64,000 nt of DNA, from contig OZ024740.1 of assembly GCA_964016885.1 (NCBI GenBank), positions 433,752,001 to 433,816,000 on the forward strand, given 5' to 3'. The position numbers and the translations under genes are program-made. This document shows positions 45,001-57,428 of the stretch, one piece after another. The notes beneath the pieces were generated by a model. The model was not told the origin of the DNA. It searched no databases and saw nothing but the letters and a program-made list of their open reading frames with translations. Each line of letters begins with the position of its first letter. Positions within the stretch are counted from its first letter, which is position 1. Origin of the DNA: Eledone cirrhosa (Eukaryota).

Positions 45001-48000
45001 AGTGTGTCAATTGACCACCTAGTGTGTCAGTTGACCACCAATTGTGTCAGTTGACCACCAAGTGTGTCAGTTGACCACCTAGTGTGTCAGTTTACAACCT
45101 AGTGTGTCAGTTGACAACCTAGTGTGTCAGTTGACCACCTAGTGTCAGTTGACCACCTAGTGTGTCAGTTGACCACCAAGTGTGTCAGTTGACCACCTAG
45201 TGTGTCACTTGACCACCTAGTGTCAGTTGACCACCTAGTGTGTCAGTTGACCACCTAGTGTGTCAGGTGACCACCTAGTGTGTCAGTTGACAACCTAATG
45301 TGTCAGTTGACCACCTAGTGTGTCACTTGACCACCTAGTGTCAGTTGACCACCTAGTGTGTCAATTGACCACCTAGTGTGTCAGTTGATCATCAAGTGTG
45401 TCAGTTGACCACCTAGTGTGTCAGTTGACCACCTAGTGTGTCAGTTGACAACCTAGTGTGTCAGTTGACCACCTAGTGTGTCAGTTGACAACCTAGTGTG
45501 TCAGTTGACCACCTAGTGCGTCAATTGACCACCTAGTGTGTCAGTTGAACACCTAGTGTGTCAGTTGACCACCTAGTTTGTCAGTTGACAACCTAGTGTG
45601 TCAGTTGACAACCTAGTGTGTCAGTTGACCACCTAGTGTGTCAGTTGACAACCTAGTGTGTCAGTTGACCACCTAGTGTCAGTTGACCACCTATTGTGTC
45701 AGTTGACCACCTAGTGCGTCAATTGACCACCTAGTGTGTCAGTTGAACACCTAGTGTGTCAGTTGACCACCTAGTTTGTCAGTTGACCACCTAGTGTGTC
45801 AGTTGACAACCTAGTGTGTCAGTTGACAACCTAGTGTGTCAGTTGACCACCTAGTGTGTCAGTTGACAACCTAGTGTGTCAGTTGACCACCTAGTGTCAG
45901 TTGACCACCTATTGTGTCAGTTGACCACCTAGTGTGTCAGTTGACCACCAAGTGTGTCAGTTGACCACCTAGTGTGTCAGTTGACCACCTAGTGTGTCAG
46001 TTGACCACCTAGTGTGTCAGTTGACCACCAAGTGTGTCAGTTGAAAACCAAGTGTGTCAGTTGACCACATAGTGTGTCAGTTGACCACCTAGTGTGTCAG
46101 TTGACCACCTAGTGTGTCAGTTGACAACCTAGTGTGTCAGTTGAACACCTCGTGTGTCAGTTGACCACCAAGTGTGTCAGTTGACCACCTAGTGTGTCAG
46201 TTGATCATCAAGTGTGTTAGTTGACCACCTAGTGTGTTAGTTGACCACCTAGTGTGTCAGTTGACCACCAAGTGTGTCAGTTGACAACCAAGTGTGTCAG
46301 TTGACCACCTAGTGCGTCAATTGACCACCTAGTGTGTCAGTTGAACACCTAGTGTGTCAGTTGACCACCTAGTTTGTCAGTTGACCACCTAGTGTGTCAG
46401 TTGACAACCTAGTGTGTCAGTTGACAACCTAGTGTGTCAGTTGACCACCTAGTGTGTCAGTTGACAACCTAGTGTGTCAGTTGACAACCTAGTGTGTCAG
46501 TTGTCCACCTAGTGTGTCAGTTGACCACCTAGTGTCAGTTGACCACCTAGTGTGTCAGTTGACCACCTAGTGTGTCAGTTGACCACCTAGTGTGTCAGTT
46601 GACCACCTAGTGTGTCAATTGACCACCTAGTGTGTCAGTTGACAACCTAGTGTGTCAGTTGACAACCTAGTGTGTCAGTTGACCACCTAGTGTGTCAGTT
46701 GACAACCTAGTGTGTCAGTTGACCACCTAGTGTCAGTTGACCACCTATTGTGTCAGTTGACCACCTAGTGTGTCAGTTGACAACCAAGTGTGTCAGTTGA
46801 CCACCTAGTGTGTCAGTTGACCACCTAGTGTGTCAGTTGACCACCTAGTGTGTCAGTTGACCACCAAGTGTGTCAGTTGAAAACCAAGTGTGTCAGTTGA
46901 CCACATAGTGTGTCAGTTGACCACCTAGTGTGTCAGTTGACCACCTAGTGTGTCAGTTGACAACCTAGTGTGTCAGTTGAACACCTCGTGTGTCAGTTGA
47001 CCACCAAGTGTGTCAGTTGACCACCTAGTGTGTCAGTTGATCATCAAGTGTGTTAGTTGACCACCTAGTGTGTTAGTTGATCACCTAGTGTGTCAGTTGA
47101 CCACCAAGTGTGTCAGTTGACAACCAAGTGTGTCAGTTGACCACCTAGTGCGTCAATTGACCACCTAGTGTGTCAGTTGAACACCTAGTGTGTCAGTTGA
47201 CCACCTAGTTTGTCAGTTGACCACCTAGTGTGTCAGTTGACAACCTAGTGTGTCAGTTGACAACCTAGTGTGTCAGTTGACCACCTAGTGTGTCAGTTGA
47301 CAACCTAGTGTGTCAGTTGACAACCTAGTGTGTCAGTTGTCCACCTAGTGTGTCAGTTGACCACCTAGTGTCAGTTGACCACCTAGTGCGTCAGTTGACC
47401 ACCAAGTGTGTCAGTTGACAACTAGTGTGTCAGTTGACCACCTAGTGTGTCAGTTGACCACCTAGTGTGTCAGTTGACAACCTAGTGTGTCAGTTGACCA
47501 CCTAGTGTCAGTTGACCACCTATTGTGTCAGTTGACCACCTAGTGTGTCAGTTGACCACCAAGTGTGTCAGTTGACCACCTAGTGTGTCAGTTGACCACC
47601 TAGTGTCAGTTGACCACCTAGTGTGTCAGTTGACCACCTAGTGTGTCAGTTGACCACCTAGTGTGTCAGTTGACAACCTAATGTGTCAGTTGACCACCTA
47701 GTGTGTCAGTTGACAACCTAGTGTGTCAGTTGACCACCCAGTGTGTCAGTTGACCACCTAGTGTGTCAGTTGACCACCTAGTGCGTCAATTGACCACCTA
47801 GTGTGTCAGTTGAACACCTAGTATGTCAGTTGACCACCTAGTGTGTCAGTTGACCACCTAGTGTGTCAGTTGACAACCTAGTGTGTCAGTTGACAACCTA
47901 GTGTGTCAGTTGACCACCTAGTGTGTCAGTTGACCACCTAGTGTGTCAGTTGACCACCAAGTGTGTCAGTTGACAACTAGTGTGTCAGTTGACCACCTAG

Positions 48001-51000
48001 TGTGTCAGTGTTGACCAACAAGTGTGTCAGTTGACCACCTAATGTGTCAGTTGACAACCTAGTGTGTTAGTTGACCACCTAGTGTGTCAGTTGACCACCT
48101 AGTGTGTCAGTTGACCACCAAGTGTGTCAGTTGACCACCTAGTGTGTCACTTGACCACCTAGTGTCAGTTGACCACCTAGTGTGTAAGTTGACCTCCTAG
48201 TGTGTCAGTTGACAACCTAATGTGTCAGTTGACCACCTAGTGTGTCAGTTGACAACCTAGTGTGTCAGTTGACCACCTAGTGTGTCAGTTGACCACCTAG
48301 TGTGTCAGTTTACCACCTAGTGCGTCAATTGACCACCTAGTGTGTCAGTTGAACACCTAGTGTGTCAGTTGACCACCTAGTGTGTCAGTTGACCACCTAG
48401 TGTGTCAGTTGACAACCTAGTGTGTCAGTTGATAACCTAGTGTGTCAGTTGACCACCTAGTGTGTCAGTTGACCACCAAGTGTGTCAGTGTTGACCACCA
48501 AGTGTGTCAGTTGACCACCTAGTGTGTCAGTTGACAACCTAGTGCGTTAGTTGACCACCTAGTGTGTCAGTTGACCACCAATTGTGTCAGTTGACCACCA
48601 AGTGTGTCAGTTGACCACCTAGTGTGTCAGTTTACAACCTAGTGTGTCAGTTGACCACCTAGTTTGTCAGTTGACCACCTAGTGTGTCAGTTGACAACCT
48701 AGTGTGTCAGTTGACAACCTAGTGTGTCAGTTGACCACCTAGTGTGTCAGTTGACAACCTAGTGTGTCGGTTGAGAACCTAGTGTGTCAGTTAACCACCT
48801 AGTGTGTCAGTTGACCACCAAGTGTGTCAGTTGACCACCTAGTGTGTCAGTTGACAACCTAGTGCGTTAGTTGACCACCTAGTGTGTCAGTTGACCACCT
48901 AGTGTGTCAGTTGACCACCTAGTGTGTCAGTTGACCACCAATTGTGTCAGTTGACCACCAAGTGTGTCAGTTGACCACCTAGTGTGTCAGTTTACAACCT
49001 AGTGTGTCAGTTGACAACCTAGTGTGTCAGTTGACCACCTAGTGTCAGTTGACCACCTAGTGTGTCAGTTGACCACCAAGTGTGTCAGTTGACCACCTAG
49101 TGTGTCACTTGACCACCTAGTGTCAGTTGACCACCTATTGTGTCAGTTGACCACCTAGTGTGTCAGTTGACCACCAAGTGTGTCAGTTGACCACCTAGTG
49201 TGTCACTTGACCACCTAGTGTCAGTTGACCACCTAGTGTGTCAGTTGACCACCTAGTGTGTCAGTTGACCACCTAGTGTGTCAGTTGACAACCTAATGTG
49301 TCAGTTGACCACCTAGTGTGTCACTTGACCACCTAGTGTCAGTTGACCACCTAGTGTGTCAATTGACCACCTAGTGTGTCAGTTGATCATCAAGTGTGTC
49401 AGTTGACCACCTAGTGTGTCTGTTGACCACCTAATGTGTCAGTTGACAACCTAGTGTGTCAGTTGACCACCTAGTGTGTCAGTTGACAACCTAGTGTGTC
49501 AGTTGACCACCTAGTGCGTCAATTGACCACCTAGTGTGTCAGTTGAACACCTAGTGTTTCAGTTGACCACCTAGTTTGTCAGTTGACCACCTAGTGTGTC
49601 AGTTGACAACCTAGTGTGTCAGTTGACAACCTAGTGCGTCAGTTGACCACCTAGTGTGTCAGTTGACAACCTAGTGTGTCGGTTGAGAACCTAGTGTGTC
49701 AGTTGACCACCTAGTGTGTCAGTTGACCACCTAGTGTGTCAATTGACCACCTAGTGTGTCAGTTGATCATCCAGTGTGTCAGTTGACCACCTAGTGTGTC
49801 AGTTGAACACCTAGTGTGTCAGTTGACCACCTAGTTTGTCAGTTGACCACCTAGTGTGTCAGTTGACAACCTAGTGTGTCAGTTGACAACCTAGCGTGTC
49901 AGTTGACCACCTAGTGTGTCAGTTGACAACCTAGTGTGTCGGTTGAGAACCTAGTGTGTCAGTTGACAACCTAGTGTGTCAGTTGACCAGCAAGTGTGTC
50001 AGTTGACCACCTAGTGTGTCAGTTGACAACCTAGTGCGTTAGTTGACCACCTAGTGTGTCAGTTGACCACCTAGTGTGTCAGTTGACCACCTAGTGTGTC
50101 AGTTGACCACCAATTGTGTCAGTTGACCACCAAGTGTGTCAGTTGACCACCTAGTGTGTCAGTTTACAACCTAGTGTGTCAGTTGACAACCTAGTGTGTC
50201 AGTTGACCACCTAGTGTCAGTTGACCACATAGTGTGTCAGTTGACCACCAAGTGTGTCAGTTGACCACCTAGTGTGTCACTTGACCACCTAGTGTCAGTT
50301 GACCACCTAGTGTGTCAGTTGACCACCTAGTGTGTCGGGTGACCACCTAGTGTGTCAGTTGACAACCTAATGTGTCAGTTGACCACCTAGTGTGTCACTT
50401 GACCACCTAGTGTCAGTTGACCACCTAGTGTGTCAATTGACCACCTAGTGTGTCAGTTGATCATCAAGTGTGTCAGTTGACCACCTAGTGTGTCAGTTGA
50501 CCACCTAGTGTGTCAGTTGACAACCTAGTGTGTCAGTTGACCACCTAGTGTGTCAGTTGACAACCTAGTGAGTCAGTTGACCACCTAGTGCGTCAATTGA
50601 CCACCTAGTGTGTCAGTTGAACACCTAGTGTGTCAGTTGACCACCTAGTTTGTCAGTTGACAACCTAGTGTGTCAGTTGACAACCTAGTGTGTCAGTTGA
50701 CAACCTAGTGCGTTAGTTGACCACCTAGTGTGTCAGTTGACCACCTAGTGTGTCAGTTGACCACCTAGTGTGTCAGTTGACCACCAATTGTGTCAGTTGA
50801 CCACCAAGTGTGTCAGTTGACCAACTAGTGTGTCAGTTTACAACCTAGTGTGTCAGTTGACAACCTAGTGTGTCAGTTGACCACCTAGTGTCAGTTGACC
50901 ACCTAGTGTGTCAGTTGACCACCAAGTGTGTCAGTTGACCACCTAGTGTGTCACTTGACCACCTAGTGTCAGTTGACCACCTAGTGTGTCAGTTGACCAC

Positions 51001-53791
51001 CTAGTGTGTCAGGTGACCACCTAGTGTGTCAGTTGACAACCTAATGTGTCAGTTGACCACCTAGTGTGTCACTTGACCACCTAGTGTCAGTTGACCACCT
51101 AGTGTGTCAATTGACCACCTAGTGTGTCAGTTGATCATCAAGTGTGTCAGTTGACCACCTAGTGTGTCAGTTGACCACCTAGTGTGTCAGTTGACAACCT
51201 AGTGTGTCAGTTGACCACCTAGTGTGTCAGTTGACAACCTAGTGTGTCAGTTGACCACCTAGTGCGTCAATTGACCACCTAGTGTGTCAGTTGAACACCT
51301 AGTGTGTCAGTTGACAACCTAGTGTGTCAGTTGACCACCTAGTGTGTCAGTTGACAACCTAGTGTGTCAGTTGACCACCAAGTGTGTCAGTTGACCACCT
51401 AGTGTGTCACTTGACCACCTAGTGTCAGTTGACCACCTATTGTGTCAGTTGACCACCTAGTGTGTCAGTTGACCACCAAGTGTGTCAGTTGACCACCTAG
51501 TGTGTCACTTGACCACCTAGTGTCAGTTGACCACCTAGTGTGTCAGTTGACCACCTAGTGTGTCAGTTGACCACCTAGTGTGTCAGTTGACAACCTAATG
51601 TGTCAGTTGACCACCTAGTGTGTCACTTGACCACCTAGTGTCAGTTGACCACCTAGTGTGTCAATTGACCACCTAGTGTGTCAGTTGATCATCAAGTGTG
51701 TCAGTTGACCACCTAGTGTGTCAGTTGACCACCTAGTGTGTCAGTTGACAACCTAGTGTGTCAGTTGACCACCTAGTGTGTCAGTTGACAACCTAGTGTG
51801 TCAGTTGACCACCTAGTGCGTCAATTGACCACCTAGTGTGTCAGTTGAACACCTAGTGTGTCAGTTGACCACCTAGTTTGTCAGTTGACCACCTAGTGTG
51901 TCAGTTGACAACCTAGTGTGTCAGTTGACAACCTAGTGTGTCAGTTGACCACCTAGTGTGTCAGTTGACAACCTAGTGTGTCGGTTGAGAACCTAGTGTG
52001 TCAGTTGACCACCTAGTGTGTCAGTTGACCACCTAGTGTGTCAATTGACCACCTAGTGTGTCAATTGACCACCTAGTGTGTCAGTTGATCATCAAGTGTG
52101 TCAGTTGACCACCTAGTGTGTCAGTTGACCACCTAGTGTGTCAGTTGACAACCTAGTGTGTCAGTTGACCACCTAGTGTGTCAGTTGACAACCTAGTGTG
52201 TCAGTTGACCACCTAGTGCGTCAATTGACCACCTAGTGTGTCAGTTGAACACCTAGTGTGTCAGTTGACCACCTAGTTTGTCAGTTGACAACCTAGTGTG
52301 TCAGTTGACAACCTAGTGTGTCAGTTGACAACCTAGTGCGTTAGTTGACCACCTAGTGTGTCAGTTGACCACCTAGTGTGTCAATTGACCACCTAGTGTG
52401 TCAGTTGACCACCAATTGTGTCAGTTAACCACCAAGTGTGTCAGTTGACCACCTAGTGTGTCAGTTTACAACCTAGTGTGTCAGTTGACAACCTAGTGTG
52501 TCAGTTGACCACCTAGTGTCAGTTGACCACCTAGTGTGTCAGTTGACCACCAAGTGTGTCAGTTGACCACCTAGTGTGTCACTTGACCACCTAGTGTCAG
52601 TTGACCACCTAGTGTGTCAGTTGACCACCTAGTGTGTCAGGTGACCACCTAGTGTGTCAGTTGACAACCTAATGTGTCAGTTGACCACCTAGTGTGTCAC
52701 TTGACCACCTAGTGTCAGTTGACCACCTAGTGTGTCAATTGACCACCTAGTGTGTCAGTTGATCATCAAGTGTGTCAGTTGACCACTTAGTGTGTCAGTT
52801 GACCACCTAGTGTGTCAGTTGACAACCTAGTGTGTCAGTTGACCACCTAGTGTGTCAGTTGACAACCTAGTGTGTCAGTTGACCACCTAGTGCGTCAATT
52901 GACCACCTAGTGTGTCAGTTGAACACCTAGTGTGTCAGTTGACCACCTAGTTTGTCAGTTGAGAACCTAGTGTGTCAGTTGACAACCTAGTGTGTCAGTT
53001 GACCACCTAGTGTGTCAGTTGACAACCTAGTGTGTCAGTTGACCACCTAGTGTCAGTTGACCACCTATTGTGTCAGTTGACCACCTAGTGTGTCAGTTGA
53101 CCACCAAGTGTGTCAGTTGACCACCTAGTGCGTCAATTGACCACCTAGTGTGTCAGTTGAACAACTAGTGTGTCAGTTGACCACCTAGTTTGTCAGTTGA
53201 CCACCTAGTGTGTCAGTTGACAACCTAGTGTGTCAGTTGACAACCTAGTGTGTCAGTTGACCACCTAGTGTGTCAGTTGACAACCTAGTGTGTCAGTTGA
53301 CCACCTAGTGTCAGTTGACCACCTATTGTGTCAGTTGACCACCTAGTGTGTCAGTTGACCACCAAGTGTGTCAGTTGACCACCTAGTGTGTCACTTGACC
53401 ACCTAGTGTCAGTTGACCACCTATTGTGTCAATTGACCACCTAGTGTGTCAGTTGATCATCAAGTGTGTCAGTTGACCACCTAGTGTGTCAGTTGACCAC
53501 CTAGTGTGTCAGTTGACAACCTAGTGTGTCAGTTGACCACCTAGTGTGTCAGTTGACAACCTAGTGTGTCAGTTGACCACCCAGTGCGTCAATTGACCAC
53601 CTAGTGTGTCAGTTGAACACCTAGTGTGTCAGTTGACCACCTAGTTTGTCAGTTGACAACCTAGTGTGTCAGTTGACAACCTAGTGTGTCAGTTGACCAC
53701 CTAGTGTGTCAGTTGACAACCTAGTGTGTCGGTTGAGAACCTAGTGTGTCAGTTGACCACCTAGTGTGTCAATTGACCACCTAGTGTGTCA
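1..53791. repeat. 20-bp tandem satellite, consensus GTGTGTCAGTTGACCACCTA, ~2,700 units, continues beyond the left edge
   Basis: Uninterrupted head-to-tail units read directly. Recurrent variants: GACAAC, GAACAC, CCAAG, GTCAATT, GTCACTT, GATCATCAAG, TCGGTTGAGAAC. Length variants of 18 bp (one GT lost), 19 bp and 22 bp (CAGTGTTG). TAG/TGA occur on both strands and the period is not a multiple of 3, so all frames close; no ORFs in the track before 53766. Confidence 0.99.
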
Positions 53792-56700
53792 TCATCATCA
53801 CTCCTCGACTACTGTCGAGATGATGGATCTCACTCTCAAGCCCCAGAATTCCCTGTCCCCCATCGCTGCCCCCAGGTCCTGTCTACTGATTCCCGTATAC
53901 CTAGAGATAACGTCAGGGAATGACAGCTTCCTACTCCTAGTCAGGCTGGAGTCAGGGTTCCAGAGCAAGAGAGCAGATATGATTTCATTGCTGGCACGGT
54001 GACAGTGGCCAGCAAATTGAGCTCTCCGGGATTTTAGAAGGGCAGAGGCTCGAGGGAGTTTGGCATAGATTTTAGACAAGGTGGGATGTCGTTTCCAGGA
54101 TAGGTTTTGCACTCTCATTAAGAGGCGGGTATATGTGCCATCCAATCTCCTCTCAAGTTGTGATGTTAGTGTCCACGTTTCGGATCCATAAAGTAATATG
54201 GGCTTAATGGTTGCTTGGAATATTTCCAGTTTTAGCTTGTTGGTAAGTTGAGATGTCCATATGGCGTGCATGTCATTGCACGCTGACCATGCCATACCCT
54301 TCCTGGTTAGAAAATCTTTTTTGGAGGAGGAGATATATGAGCCAAGATACTTGTAATCTTCCACCTGCTTAAGGGTGGTACGATTAAGGGTTCTGATGGG
54401 GTAGTTTGGGCTGTTTGCGCATCTGTTCACATACTCAGTCTTGGATTCGTTGAGGTACAGTCCAACACAGTTGGACACTTGCTCTAATGACTTCAAAAGA
54501 CTCTCAGCATTTTCCAGTGACCGACTGATCAATGCGATGTCGTCAGCAAAGTCGGTGTCGGTCAAGTATTTTGCTGGGTAGCGTGGGCTTCTCCTAGGCT
54601 GTAGTTGGTATCCCCTATCCTGAATCCTATCCACAGACATGCGCAAAACATAGTCCACAACAATGATAAACAGATACGGAGCAAGGGTATCGTCCTGTAA
54701 AATTCCAGCGAGGATTGAGAAAGGTGGTGTTTCCCCATCTGGGGTCAGGACAGTTGATTTGGTATCTGTATACATTACACGTATGGCCGCGATGATTTTA
54801 TCAGGAATCCCATAGAGTTGTAGAATTTCAAACATCCCCGACCTGTCAACTGAGTCGAAGGCTTTTGAAAAATCAACAAAGATGAGTGCAAGGTCTAGAT
54901 TGCGGTTTTGGGACTCCTCTATAAGTCGGCGAAGGCAGAGAATCTGACTAAGTGTTGATCTACCTCTCCTAAATCCATTCTGGTTGTTACGAAGGATTGG
55001 CTCAAGAAATGGGATTAAGCGGTTAAGAAGAAGCTTGTTGTATAATTTTGCAGCAATTGCCATGAGAGAATTTCCTCTATAGTTGGTGGCTAAAGAAAGA
55101 TCTCCTTTTTTGGGCATGGGGATAATTTGAGCTGCATGCCAGACGCTAGGTGGTTTATTGGTCTCGAAAGTATGGTTACATAAGTTGAGCAAAAGGATGT
55201 GCAAATGCTCATCCTTCCAAATCAGGGTAGGTATATTATCCGGCCCAAAGGCTTTTGAGGCTTTGAGCTGTTTGATGGCTTCTTTGAGCTCAGGCATGGT
55301 GAAAGGAGAGGTGTTGATTCCTAAAGGCTCTGAAACCTGAACGGATGGCAGTTGATAGCTCTCAGGGAGTCTGGCCTTTTTCCCTAGAAGGTTTTTAAAA
55401 TGAGCAGACCAATTTTCAAGACGTTTTTTGGCAGAGCCTCCTTTGATTCTAACTGCAGAGTTTGAGTTTTTGCCTGAAAGAACTTTGACAATCTTCCAAG
55501 CAAGATGATGGTGTTTGCTGATGTGATGTTGCGATAGCTGATCAATCCTACCTGAGATATAGTCGGCTTCAGCATTAAGATAAGCGTCGTCTAGTGATTT
55601 TTTGGCCATGATAAGCTGTATCTTTTTCCCTTGAGATGGCGATTAATGGTGAGATTGGGATATTGACTTAAGATGGGCCCTTGCCTCAACTACCTTCTCT
55701 GAGGCACTAGGTTTTATTTGGCTTCGGCTTTTCTTTTTAGGTAAGGTGGCAAGTGCAACTTCCTCTGTTGATTGCTTAAGACAGTCATACACATCCTCAA
55801 TATTATCGTCATTGATGTCAGAAGTTGAGAGAGATTGAAATCTGTTATAGACTTGAAGCGTGAAGCTATTGGATAGTTGTTTGTTGGAAGAAACGGCTTT
55901 CCAGTCTATTCTTTTCATGGGATGAGGTTCGGCCCTCTTGGATATCCTGAGGCTAAGTTTGATTGTTGCCGAGATGACTCGATGATCTGAGCCGACAGAG
56001 CTAAAGGAGGAATAAGATCTAGAATCTTTGATTGAGTTTCTCCATTTCTTGCGAAATATCAAATAGTCAATCTGAGCTCGTTTTTGGTTTGGGTATTCGA
56101 AGGTCCAAAGCTGGCCTCTGGTCTTCATGAAGCTGTTGTTTGAGCTGAATAGACTGAATTCTTCCATGAAGTCCTTCAGATATTCCCCGTTTCGGTTAGT
56201 AACCCTATTGTATGTGAACTTTACTTCATCCGGGCCAAGTTGAGCGTTGAGGTCTCCAGCGATGATAAGAAAGTTGTGTAAGGGCACTTGCTCAACAACT
56301 GTGCGAAGGGTCGTGTAGAATTCTCTTACCTCATCCTCAGGAGAGGCGTTATGAGGACTGTATACACATATCGCAGTGGTTCTAGGATTGCCCTCCAGTG
56401 TAAGCACCAAGATTCTGGGAGAGATTGTTTCAATCCCCAGAAGATTATTGCTGGCTTTAGATGAGAGAAGGCAGCCGACTCCTCCGACGGAGGCATTGAC
56501 AGGGTTCTTGGTGGCTGAAGAGGTGACAAGTGGGTAGGATCCTAGGGTGTGATACTTGAGATCATCCTTTGGGTGGAAAAAGCGGTGTTCTTGGACCGCA
56601 AGGATGCCAATGTTCTGAAGTTTGGCATTCTCTGCCAGCTCCTGGAGTCTACCTGTTGGAAGGAGGGTTCTGGTGTTCAAGGAGCCAACTATTATTTGCT

Positions 56701-57428
56701 TTTTACAGCTAGCCAGGCGAGATTTGCTTGTTGTTTGGTTAGGACCTGTTTCTTCTCCATCAGATGAACCCCGTCCCTTGAGATTTGAGGATTCATCATC
56801 ATTCGATGCCCTTGTAGGTGCATTATGATCAGAAACAGGACCTGAGAAAGCAGGGGCTGGACCTATATCAACAGGTATACCATATAGTGTGGTTCCCTGA
56901 GGTACAGGAACCCTGGTGCAGTTAGTTGTGAAATCCATCATCTTTTCAAATAGCTAATAATGTGTGTGGGCGCCACTACTACACACATGTGAAAGAATTT
57001 GACAGCCAAGTCTTGAAGAAGGTGCTTTCTCCTCCGTGTGGTGGGTTACCCGGCGCCAGATACCAACCTGGTATTTATACCCTCGCCCTAATTGTTCGTG
57101 TTGCAAGCACTAGAGTAGTCGCTAACCAAAGCTACGGACCCACTCTATCCGTCTGGAGATACGTTGTACTAGCTTACCAGCATACTAGTAGCAGGAAGTT
57201 GACTTTTCCGGCACTGCAGCGCCTTTCGGTGGGCCGTGCTGGTTTTGGATGGCCATTGACTCCAAGAGCTCTTAAGAGCTCCCAGGAGTTCCTTTGCCCT
57301 TTGACAGGTTTTATTTTTAGTCCTGCAGGATGTCCAAAGTCCCCCTCCTCACCAAGAAACCTTGGTGGGGTTGCCAGTTTAGTCGCCAACGACCCGACCA
57401 TGAGACAGGTTGTACTGGGATACATATT
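53792..57428 (-). mobile_element. Apparently full-length RTE/RTEX-clade non-LTR retrotransposon (LINE) inserted in the satellite
   Basis: Single APE-RT reading frame, ~490-nt 5' leader and 3' (TGA)4 tail. Flanked by ACCACCTAGTGTGTCA (53776-53791) and ACCACCCAGTGTGTCA (57429-57444), an apparent 16-bp TSD with 1 mismatch. No gag-like ORF1, RNase H or C-terminal zinc knuckle visible, as expected for RTE-type elements. Confidence 0.93.
53798..56941 (-). pseudogene. APE endonuclease + reverse transcriptase ORF (~1047 codons) broken by one in-frame TAA at 55643-55645
   Basis: The 432-aa and 603-aa ORFs are in the same frame, joined by ...SHH*SPSQGKKIQLI-MAKK. APE motifs: LNTRTL, VQEHR, VYSP, GDLNA, NRNG, QIDY, SDH. 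RT motifs: KAFGPDNI, PMPKKGDL, NYRG, NQNGFRRGRST, FVDFSKAFDSV, GILQdDTLAP, DFADD, YKYLGS, LLYGSETW. Confidence 0.93.

Noticed and set aside
1-53791. Coding repeat, CRISPR array or telomerase-type repeat
   Set aside because: Stops in all six frames, no spacers, no G-rich telomeric motif; kb-scale block duplications indicate recombinational rather than templated synthesis.
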